From positions 14,446,001-14,510,000 of the forward strand of contig OZ024742.1 in NCBI GenBank assembly GCA_964016885.1: DNA of 64,000 nucleotides, given 5' to 3'. This document shows, piece after piece, positions 50,197 to 61,584 of this stretch (positions within the stretch are counted from its first letter, which is position 1; every line of letters starts with the position of its first letter). A program made the position numbers and the translations under genes. This DNA is from Eledone cirrhosa (Eukaryota). The notes under the pieces are model-generated. The model was not told where the DNA came from. It searched no databases and worked only from the letters and a program-made list of their open reading frames with translations.

Positions 50197-51319
50197 CTAA
50201 CAAAGTACAAGAAAACATTCAGATAAGAAAAAACACAAATAAATAAATTTTTGATCAAAATAATACATTTTAAATGTTAGATAGGAAAGGTGGTGGGATA
50301 CTTACCTTTCTGTTAACCTTTTCATACCAACCTGCACAAAACTCCTACTTCTATCAAACAAACCCTTTTTCTTTACCCACTTATTCCTTGGAGGACCATG
50401 GAGGCAGAGTCCTTAAACACTCCTTCCAGTGGATCATGTCAGAAGCGATCATTTCTGATTGATCCAGCTGGATTTCCAAGCAAGACCAGCCAAGCTAATG
50501 AATGTTATCCAACCACACAGGGTCTACCCCTGGCTCTCCGACTAGTTGGTTTTGCCTGTAACATGTGTCCAACCATTCTTTCCTGAGAGAATCTCACCAC
50601 ATATGCATAGTATCGGAGCTGTGATCCCTCAATTCGGAGAAATTACAAAATTTATCACTATTCTAATGAAATAAAACCACCAGTTTTAAAGAGTTGCTAT
50701 TTAAATTAAAACCTTCCATCATAATTTTACTTTCTCTTAATTATGTTACAAATACCATCTTAATAATGAAATAATCAATCTAAACTATAATAAAGAAAGG
50801 AGTGCGGGATTGCGTCCAGAATATATTTTTTTATCTCATTTGTAAAATAAGTTGGATTACTTTGAATAAATAATGAATGAATATTACATAATTTATCTAC
50901 TAAATTTCGTTATTCTTGATTAAATACAAATTATTTTGTTGCTTATTTTAAGATTCACTTCTTTAAAATGTTCAAATGGCAACATTTCCGGTTAGCGAAC
51001 GTTTCCGTCACTAATTTTCTCAATGCAGTTTATATATAATATTGTCTTTTTTAATGTATCATGGACTACGTTACTGATTACATAAGACAGTGTAACACAG
51101 TCTTCACTCAATTGATGTGTATATTGTCAATTATGATTTTATTTGATGTATCATATCTACATGTATATATACTTGCATATAATATCAATATGCACACTAC
51201 AGAGGCTAGCAGAAAACCACCTGAAGGGTGGTTTTTCTGTTAGTATATATAATGAAATAATAATATTAATAAATCTCTCCAAATCCTCCAATAACTAATT
51301 CTAACAGAGTGCATTTCAT

Positions 51320-51745
51320 TAGAGATAGTGACATACATGGTAGTGAAACATGGGATGTGACTTCAGAGGACGTGTGTAGACTGGAGAGAAATGAAGCAAC
51401 CATACTTCATTGGATGTGCAATGTAAGTGTGAGAGAAAGGCACAGTTTGGACGAGCTCAGGGAGATGCTGGGTTTAAGAGGAATCCAAGGTGGTGTGCAG
51501 GAGAGAAGACTGCATTGGTATGGACATGTGATGCACATGGATAATGATCATTGGGTGAAGAAGTGCCAGGAAAACCCAGTGGAAGAATGACCTGAGCAGA
51601 GTTGGTGAGAGCTGATCTCAAATCACTGAGACTCATGAAGGAGATGACGAAGAAACACGGCTAATGGCGGGCTGTTGTGCTGAGAAAGACCCATCCAACA
51701 CATGCAACCGTGGAAAAGTGGATTTAAAAATGTTGATGACAATGA
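51320..51745 (+). mobile_element. Degraded RTE LINE 3' fragment
   Basis: Translates HGSETWDV...RLERNEA...ERRLHWYGHVM, followed by a degenerate catgc...gtggaaaagtgga...gatga terminus. Confidence 0.8.
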
Positions 51746-51845
51746 TATGGTAATGATTTCAGTATATCATTCATATTGATTTCTGAAATCTGGCATAAGA
51801 CCAATAAATTGACACCAGTATTTGATTGCTATTTAAATTGAACCT

Positions 51846-52070
51846 GGACTTTACAGTGTGGGCTGAGCACTTTTTGTCGTGAAATCTACATGACCATTTT
51901 ACAGTGTGGGCTGAGCACTTTTTGTCGTGAAATCTACATGACCATTTTACAGTGTGGGCTGAGCACTTTTTGTTGTGACACCTACACAACCACTTTACAG
52001 TGTGGGCAGGGTGCTTTTTGTTATGACAACTACACAACCACTTTACAGTGTGGGCAGGGTGCTTTTTGCA
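51846..52070 (-). repeat. 48-bp tandem array related to the RTE 3'UTR repeat
   Basis: Units tttacagtgtgggctgagcactttttgtcgtga...acgaccac. Confidence 0.85.
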
Positions 52071-52119
52071 GTGAACACAAATCACTATTCTTCCTCTCCA
52101 GAAAAAAACAGCAACTTAC

Positions 52120-52284
52120 CCGAGCATTAATTTCAGCATTTGACTCCAATAACCACTGAAGACAATGTGGATGGCCAGCATAAGCTGCAAGGTGAGATGG
52201 TGTCTGTTGAAACTTGCTGTTTCTCATATCACACTTCAGGTTATAAGGTCGGTTGAAGCAGGACAGTTTTTGGAGACAGGCAAG
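52120..52284 (-). CDS. ANKRD10: Ankyrin-repeat gene (ANKRD10-like), internal coding exon (phase 0/0)
   Basis: Acceptor tttacttcattag| and donor CGG|GTAAGT, 165 nt. Translates LACLQKLSCFNRPYNLKCDMRNSKFQQTPSHLAAYAGHPHCLQWLLESNAEINAR, with an ankyrin TPxHxAA motif. Closely resembles vertebrate ANKRD10 as I recall it ([27 protein letters not shown]). Confidence 0.85.
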
Positions 52285-52823
52285 CTAATGAAGTAAAATA
52301 AATAACAATTATCAACAATTATTATTTTTGACTTTGCCTTTCATCCTTACGGGGTCGATAAAATAAAGTACCAGTAATGCACTGGGTAATTGCTGGCCTT
52401 GTGCCTAAAGTAGAAACAATTATTTTAATTATCAAACACAGCATGTAGCAATTTCAGCACATTGATATCAATTTAGGCACTAGACAAGCATATTTGGGGA
52501 AGGGCAAAGTCAATTTACTCCACTCCAGAAAGTAACTGGTACTTTATTTTATCAACCCCGGAAGAATGAAAGACAAAGTTAAGCCCGGTGGGATTTGAAC
52601 TCAGAATGTGAAGAACAAGAACTAATAAATGTTTCTATATTCGACCCAAGCCCACCAATTTGAAGCGGAAGAGAAAGTCAATAAAATCAACCCCAGTGTA
52701 TTAATGGTGTTTTATTTTATCAACCACATAAGGAGGAAAGACAAAGCTAAATGTGGAAGCATTTGAACTCGAAACATAAAGAGTTCTAACTAAATGCTGC
52801 AAAACTTGTCCGACGCAGGATGT

Positions 52824-55800
52824 GGCTCATCATAGGGCCACATAGAATACAGCTCATAGGGCCACATAGGATACAGCTCATAGAGCCACATAGAATACAG
52901 TTCATCATAGGGCCACATAGGATACAGCTCATAGAGCCACATAGGATACAGTTCATCATAGGGCCACATAGGATACAGCTCATCATAGAGCCACATAGGA
53001 TACAGCTCATCATAGAGCCACATAGGATACAGCTCATCATAGGGCCACATAGGATACAGCTCATCATAGAGCCACATAGGATACAGCTCATCATAGGGCC
53101 ACATAGGATACAGCTCATCATAGAGCCACATAGGATACAGCTCATCATAGGGCCACATAGGATACAGCTCATCATAGAGCCACATAGGATACAGCTCATC
53201 ATAGAGCCACATAGGATACAGTTCATCATAGAGCCACATAGGATACAGCTCATCATAGAGCCACATAGGATACAGCTCATCATAGACCCACATAGATTAC
53301 AGCTCATCATAGAGCCACATAGGATACAGCTCATCATAGGGCCACATAGGATACAGCTAATAGGGCCACATAGGATACAGCTCATCATAGGGCCACATAG
53401 GATACAGCTCATCATAGAGCCACATAGGATACAGTTCATCATAGAGCCACATAGGATACAGCTCATCATAGAGCCACATAGGATACAGCTCATCATAGAG
53501 CAACATAGGATACAGCTCATCATAGAGCCACATAGGATACAGCTCATCATAGACCCACATAGGATACAGTTCATCATAGGGCCACATAGGATACAGCTCA
53601 TCATAGAGCCACATAGGATACAGCTCATCATAGAGCCACATAGGATACAGCTCATCATAGAGCCACATAGGATACAGTTCATCATAGGGCCACATAGGAT
53701 ACAGCTCATCATAGAGCCACATAGGATACAGCTCATCATAGAGCCACATAGGATACAGCTCATCATAGAGCCACATAGGATACAGCTCATCATAGAGCCA
53801 CATAGGATACAGTTCATCATAGGGCCACATAGGATACAGCTAATAGGGCCACATAGGATACAGCTCATAGAGCCACATAGGATACAGCTCATCATAGGGC
53901 CACATAGGATACAGCTCATCATAGGGCCACATAGGATACAGCTCATCATAGAGCCACATAGATTACAGCTCATCATAGAGCCACATAGGATACAGCTCAT
54001 CATAGAGCCACATAGGATACAGCTCATCATAGAGCCACATAGGATACAGTTCATCATAGGGCCACATAGGATACAGCTAATAGGGCCACATAGGATACAG
54101 CTCATAGGGCCACATAGGATACAGCTCATCATAGAGCAACATAGGATACAGTTCATCATAGAGCCACATAGGATACAGCTCATCATAGAGCCACATAGGA
54201 TACAGCTCATCATAGAGCCACATAGGATACAGCTCATCATAGAGCCACATAGGATACAGCTCATCATAGAGCCACATAGGATACAGCTCATCATAGAGCC
54301 ACATAGGATACAGCTCATCATAGAGCAACATAGGATACAGCTCATCATAGAGCCACATAGGATACAGCTCATCATAGGGCCACATAGGATACAGCTCATC
54401 ATAGAGCCACATAGGATACAGCTCATCATAGAGCCACATAGGATACAGCTCATCATAGGGCTACATAGGATACAGCTCATCATAGGGCCACATAGGATAC
54501 AGCTCATCATAGAGCCACATAGGATACAGCTCATCATAGAGCCACATAGGATACAGCTCATCATAGGGCTACATAGGATACAGCTCATCATAGGGCCACA
54601 TAGGATACAGCTCATCATAGAGCCACATAGGATACAGCTCATCATAGAGCCACATAGGATACAGCTCATCATAGGGCCACATAGGATACAGCTCATCATA
54701 GAGCCACATAGGATACAGCTCATCATAGAGCCACATAGGATACAGCTCATCATAGGGCCACATAGGATACAGTTCATCATAGAGCCACATAGGATACAGC
54801 TCATCATAGGGCCACATAGGATACAGCTCATCATAGAGCCACATAGGATACAGCTCATCATAGGGCCACATAGGATACAGCTCATCATAGGGCCACATAG
54901 GATACAGCTCATCATAGGGCCACATAGGATACAGTTCATCATAGGGCCACATAGGATACAGCTCATCATAGAGCCACATAGGATACAGCTCATCATAGAG
55001 CCACATAGGATACCGTTCATCATAGGGCCACATAGGATACAGCTCATCATAGGGCCACATAGGATACAGCTCATCATAGAGCCACATAGGATACAGCTCA
55101 TAGGGCCACATAGGATACAGCTAATAGGGCCACATAGGACACAGCTCATCATAGAGCCACATAGGATACAGCTCATCATAGGGCCACATAGGATACAGCT
55201 CATCATAGGGCCACATAGGATACAGCTCATCATAGAGCCACATAGGATACAGCTCATCATAGACCCACATAGGATACAGCTCATCATAGACCCACATAGG
55301 ATACAGCTCATAGAGCCACATAGGATACAGCTCATAGAGCCACATAGGATACAGCTCATAGAGCCACATAGGATACAGCTCATCATAGAGCTACATAGGA
55401 TACAGCTCATCATAGAGCCACATAGGATACAGTTCATCATAGAGCCACATAGGATACAGCTCATCATAGAGCTACATAGGATACAGCTCATCATAGAGCC
55501 ACATAGGATACAGCTCATCATAGAGCCACATAGGATACAGTTCATCATAGGGCCACATAGGATACAGCTCATCATAGAGCCACATAGGATACAGTTCATC
55601 ATAGGGCCACATAGGATACAGCTCATCATAGAGCCACATAGATTACAGCTCATCATAGAGCCACATAGGATACAGCTCATAGGGCCACATAGGATACAGC
55701 TCATCATAGAGCCACATAGGATACAGCTCATCATAGAGCCACATAGGATACAGCTCATCATAGAGCCACATAGGATACAGCTCATCATAGGGCTACATAG

Positions 55801-58513
55801 GATACAGCTCATCATAGGGCTACATAGGATACAGCTCATCATAGGGCTACATAGGATACAGCTCATCATAGGGCCACATAGGATACAGCTCATCATAGGG
55901 CTACATAGGATACAGCTCATCATAGGGCTACATAGGATACAGCTCATCATAGGGCCACATAGGATACAGCTCATCATAGGGCTACATAGGATACAGCTCA
56001 TCATAGGGCCACATAGGATATAGCTCATCATAGACCCACATAGGATACAGCTCATCATAGGGCCACATAGGATACAGCTCATCATAGAGCCACATAGGAT
56101 ACAGCTCATCATAGGGCCACATAGGATACAGCTCATCATAGAGCCACATAGGATACAGCTCATCATAGAGCCACATAGGATACAGCTCATCATAGAGCCA
56201 CATAGGATACAGCTCATCATAGAGCCACATAGGATACAGCTCATCATAGAGCCACATAGGATACAGCTAATAGGGCCACATAGGATACAGCTCATCATAG
56301 AGCCACATAGGATACAGCTCATCATAGAGCCACATAGGATACAGCTCATCATAGGGCCACATAGGATATAGCTCATCATAGAGCCACATAGGATACAGCT
56401 CATCATAGAGCCACATAGGATACAGCTCATCATAGAGCCACATAGGATACAGCTCATCATAGAGCAACATAGGATACAGTTCATCATAGGGCCACATAGG
56501 ATACAGCTCATCATAGACCCACATAGGATACAGCTCATCATAGACCCACATAGGATACAGCTCATCATAGACCCACATAGGATACAGCTCATCATAGAGC
56601 CACATAGGATACAGCTCATCATAGACCCACATAGGATACAGCTCATCATAGACCCACATAGGATACAGCTCATCATAGAGCCACATAGGATACAGCTCAT
56701 CATAGAGCCACATAGGATACAGTTCATCATAGGGCCACATAGGATACAGCTCATCATAGAGCCACATAGGATACAGCTCATCATAGAGCCACATAGGATA
56801 CAGCTCATCATAGAGCAACATAGGATACAGTTCATCATAGGGCCACATAGGATACAGCTCATCATAGACCCACATAGGATACAGCTCATCATAGACCCAC
56901 ATAGGATACAGCTCATCATAGACCCACATAGGATACAGCTCATCATAGAGCCACATAGGATACAGCTCATCATAGAGCCACATAGGATACAGCTCATCAT
57001 AGAGCCACATAGGATACAGCTCATCATAGACCCACATAGGATACAGCTCATCATAGAGCCACATAGGATACAGCTCATCATAGAGCCACATAGGATACAG
57101 TTCATCATAGGGCCACATAGGATACAGCTCATCATAGAGCCACATAGGATACAGCTCATCATAGAGCCACATAGGATACAGCTCATCATAGAGCCACATA
57201 GGATACAGCTCATCATAGACCCACATAGGATACAGCTCATCATAGACCCACATAGGATACAGCTCATCATAGGGCCACATAGGATATAGCTCATCATAGA
57301 GCAACATAGGATACAGCTCATCATAGAGCAACATAGGATACAGCTCATCATAGAGCAACATAGGATACAGCTCATCATAGAGCAACATAGGATACAGCTC
57401 ATCATAGAGCCACATAGGATACAGTTCATCATAGGGCCACATAGGATACAGCTCATCATAGAGCCACATAGGATACAGCTCATCATAGAGCAACATAGGA
57501 TACAGCTCATCATAGACCCACATAGGATACAGCTCATCATAGGGCCACATAGGATACAGCTCATCATAGAGCCACATAGGATACAGCTCATCATAGAGCA
57601 ACATAGGATACAGCTCATCATAGAGCCACATAGGATACAGCTCATCATAGACCCACATAGGATACAGCTCATCATAGAGCAACATAGGATACAGCTCATC
57701 ATAGAGCCACATAGGATACAGCTCATCATAGAGCCACATAGGATACAGCTCATCATAGAGCAACATAGGATACAGCTCATCATAGAGCCACATAGGATAC
57801 AGCTCATCATAGAGCCACATAGGATACAGCTCATCATAGAGCCACATAGGATACAGCTCATCATAGAGCAACATAGGATACAGCTCATCATAGAGCCACA
57901 TAGATTACAGCTCATCATAGAGCCACATAGGATATAGCTCATCATAGGGCCACATAGGATACAGCTCATCATAGAGCCACATAGGATACAGCTCATCATA
58001 GAGCCACATAGGATACAGCTCATCATAGAGCCACATAGGATACAGCTCATCATAGAGCCACATAGGATACAGCTCATCATAGGGCCACATAGGATACAGC
58101 TCATCATAGGGCCACATAGGATACAGCTCATCATAGAGCTACATAGGATACAGCTCATCATAGAGCCACATAGGATACAGCTCATCATAGAGCCACATAG
58201 GATACAGCTCATCATAGAGCCACATAGGATACAGCTCATCATAGAGCCACATAGGATACAGCTCATCATAGAGCTACATAGGATACAGCTCATCATAGAG
58301 CTACATAGGATACAGCTCATCATAGAGCCACATAGGATACAGCTCATCATAGAGCTACATAGGATACAGCTCATCATAGGGCCACATAGGATACAGCTCA
58401 TCATAGAGCCACATAGGATACAGCTCATCATAGAGCCACATAGGATACAGCTCATCATAGAGCCACATAGGATACAGCTCATCATAGAGCCACATAGGAT
58501 ACAGCTCATCATA
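52824..58513. repeat. 27-bp minisatellite (24-bp variants), ~5.7 kb
   Basis: Unit ggatacagctcatcatagagccacata. Length variants differ by one CAT triplet. Confidence 0.99.
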
Positions 58514-58724
58514 CATACATTCATTGATGGATTTACTGTGGCTTCAGGGATGTTGGATTGCATAAAGCTATATCTAAATATTGTGTATTACTGAATGCTT
58601 TCAATGATAGACTACAGTGATATGGGTTGAAAATATCATCTTATACACAGACTATTCTTTGTGAATTGATGTCACAAAGGAAATATTTTCATGCATAAAA
58701 CAGGTTTTCAACTGATAATAATAA

Positions 58725-59040
58725 CTATTTCTACTTTAGGCACAAGGCCAATGATAATAATTGTTTCTACTTTTGGTACAAGGCCAGCAAATACACAGTA
58801 CATTACTGGTACTTTATTTTATCGACTCCATAAACATGAAAGGCAAACCAATGATAATAATAATTGTTTCTATTTTTAGGCACAAGGTCAGAAATTACTC
58901 AGTACCTTACTGGTACTTTATTTTATCGACCCCATAAAGATGAAAGGCAAAGTTAACCTCGGCGGGATTTGAACTCAGATCATAAAGGGACGTAACTCTA
59001 TGCTTCAAAGCATGGTGTCCGACTCTCTACCGATACTGCC
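58725..59040 (-). mobile_element. tRNA-derived SINE family B with tandem partial copies
   Basis: B box GAGTTCAAATCCC on the minus strand and body tttgcctttcatc...gtcgataaaataaagtaccagt. Homologues at ~820-935, 1115-1310, 3597-3775, 10465-10595, 46030-46160, 49945-49995, 52327-52423 (opposite strand), 52474-52606 and 52630-52815. Confidence 0.75.
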
Positions 59041-60674
59041 AAAGAAGGGGACTCATAGGTTTCTCAGGAAGAAAGTATTTGATAATGAAAGTATTGGATA
59101 ATAAATTGATTGTGAAAGTACTTGAAAATGAAAGTCAAGTATTTAATACTTTCGTTTTTGACGTCTCAATTCATGTCGTAAAACGTAATACAACATAACA
59201 AGAATACCAATAGCAAATTATATAGTTTGTAGTTGTTTTTAGATTATATACAATCAAATTATAGACTTTTTATTTTCATCTAATTTCTGGCAGTTATTTT
59301 TCGCAACGTAGTTTAAAACATGTAAATTCTTCTAGAACCAAATTGTTAACGTTCGCAGAAGACATATTCTTTCTCTTTCCTGATACACCAACATAATACC
59401 ACACACTATCTGTCTGAGTGGGAGGTGGACGTTAAACGGCAATGATGATAAATCTTAAATAATAGGTTTAAAATTCTACAGTAATTCACTTACTCTCGGG
59501 TCCCAAATAACGGGAGAGGGTGGAAAATTGGTAATTTTTCTAGGTTGTCTCCGTTTATTTGTTTTTTTTTTTAAACCAGAATTAGTCGTTTAGTTTACAT
59601 ATTGAGACCCCCAACCCATTCTATTTATTTCATAACATGGGATTTCAATCGTACTTTTTTGTTGTTGTAAATGTATAATGTTTTTTAACGTCTAAAGGAA
59701 ATTGTCGCATGAATGCTGCCACTTAAAATAAAATAAAATTTCGCCGGAGATTAATAAAAATTAATAAGCAAGGGTGAATGGGTTATTATTGGAGACTGGT
59801 AACAAAGAAGCTGATATGTTCTAGAATTATCTAACACTAACACAGTGGTAGAAGTATTCTGTATTAATTCAACAACCTGCTAGACTACCTTGTTTTCTAT
59901 TAAATGAAAGTATAGAAATGTTATATCAGTTTGAAATACCGTTTTTTCTATTATAACAGGCAGCTCTTATATTATTTTTAACTTGTTTAGTTATGTTTAT
60001 TTACATAATGTTTTTTTTTTTAATTATTCAGTTGTACAAATAACATTACAAATTATTTATAATTCTTACAGAATGAAATAGAAACACATAATAAATACAA
60101 TTAATTATTGCTAGGAACCTCACAAATATAATGTACAAAAATATATGATTAAAGCGAGAGATAAGGAGGAAAAGGCACCACTCCTTTGATATATATTCTA
60201 AATATAAATATGATGATATATTACTGGTATAAATATTATGATATATTACTGGTATTAAAACTATCATTATTATTAATATTATAGTTTGTTCGTACAGAAA
60301 TTTCCGGTAAATATATTTCTTAAACTTAAAAAAATTACTTATATTTACTATTATTTCTATTTCATATAATAAAATACAGCATTTGTGACTTTATGTTCAA
60401 TCTAAAAACATTCAACATCAGCTTAGCTTATTTTTTTTCCCCAAGTAAAGATGAAATATAAACGAGAAAGGAATACTTTACAATACAGTAAATATACAGT
60501 TTTAGCACATGGCTTTCTTTTAGAATGTCAACGTGACAGTTTCATGTCCAGACGACAAATTACCAACGAGAAAAATCAATTAATTATTTCTATCTGCTAA
60601 GTAGTCCTTACTAAAAATAGACGAAAGATCTCATTCGCCTATATATATATAGGGGAAGAGAGAGACGTTTATAA

Positions 60675-60765
60675 ATTTCCCCGCCATTTAAACCAATCTT
60701 CCGTCTCTTAAATTTGTCAACATTGTTTATCTGTCAACTTCTTTTGTGTTTGCTTAGGTGAGAGA
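60675..60765. promoter_or_regulatory. Possible promoter region (YY1-like CCGCCATTT, CCAAT)
   Basis: Motif matches in non-repetitive DNA upstream of the minus-strand exons, with donor-like sites nearby on both strands. Short motifs only. Confidence 0.2.
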
Positions 60766-61584
60766 AGAACTATCATCACACATCACCGCCATAATATTAG
60801 TAATTAAGATTTATTATTATTATTATTATATAAAGTAGAAACAATTATTATTATTATATAAAATTAATATTTAAAATTAAATAGAAATAAGAGGGTAGGT
60901 TGAAAAGTTCTTAGGTTGACTATGAAGGAGTGATACTAGAGCTGTGAAATCTTGCATGCATTAATTTCAACTCTTCTTATAAATAACTGTATTGTTCTTT
61001 TGTAAGGGACTATGTTGAAAAATAAACCCCATTTGGTCATTCCTTCTACAATCATTGCTAGGAACCTCAAAAATATACGATAAAAGCAACAACAACAAAA
61101 AAAACCTATTGGTTTAATTTAGCAGTATGAACGTACCAATCTTAACTAGTTGTCTTAGTAATAACATGTACTACAACTTGGTTTAACCAGACACTAGACA
61201 AGGAGGCCAACCTTAACCGAAGGACAACTTCGGTAGAGTATATCTGTACCTAACTGGAATAACCGTTACCACAAATACATGTTTAGAGCACATCAAATGA
61301 AGAGGGAGCACCATTTTTAATAATTTTTGTTTTTAATTGCAGACTTTATACATGAGGGGCACCATAACCTTTAAAGGGTTTAATTCGACCCTGGCCCTCA
61401 TATATAACTTATTCTATACAACAACAAGAGAAAAAAGATTTGGTTTATAAACCAGCTGGCTTTCTAAAATACTGGAAAAAAACAAAGAAATCTTGGGACC
61501 TACACAAAATTCTACAGAGATTAATTAATTTGCATACAGTATTTCATTACAGCAACTTTTAACTTAATTATCAAAATTCATGCC

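Noticed and set aside
52820-57901. 1067-aa (IIEPHRIQL)n and 544-aa (MWLYDELYP)n ORFs
   Set aside because: Alternative frames of the 27-bp repeat, interrupted by stops and lacking a unique leader.
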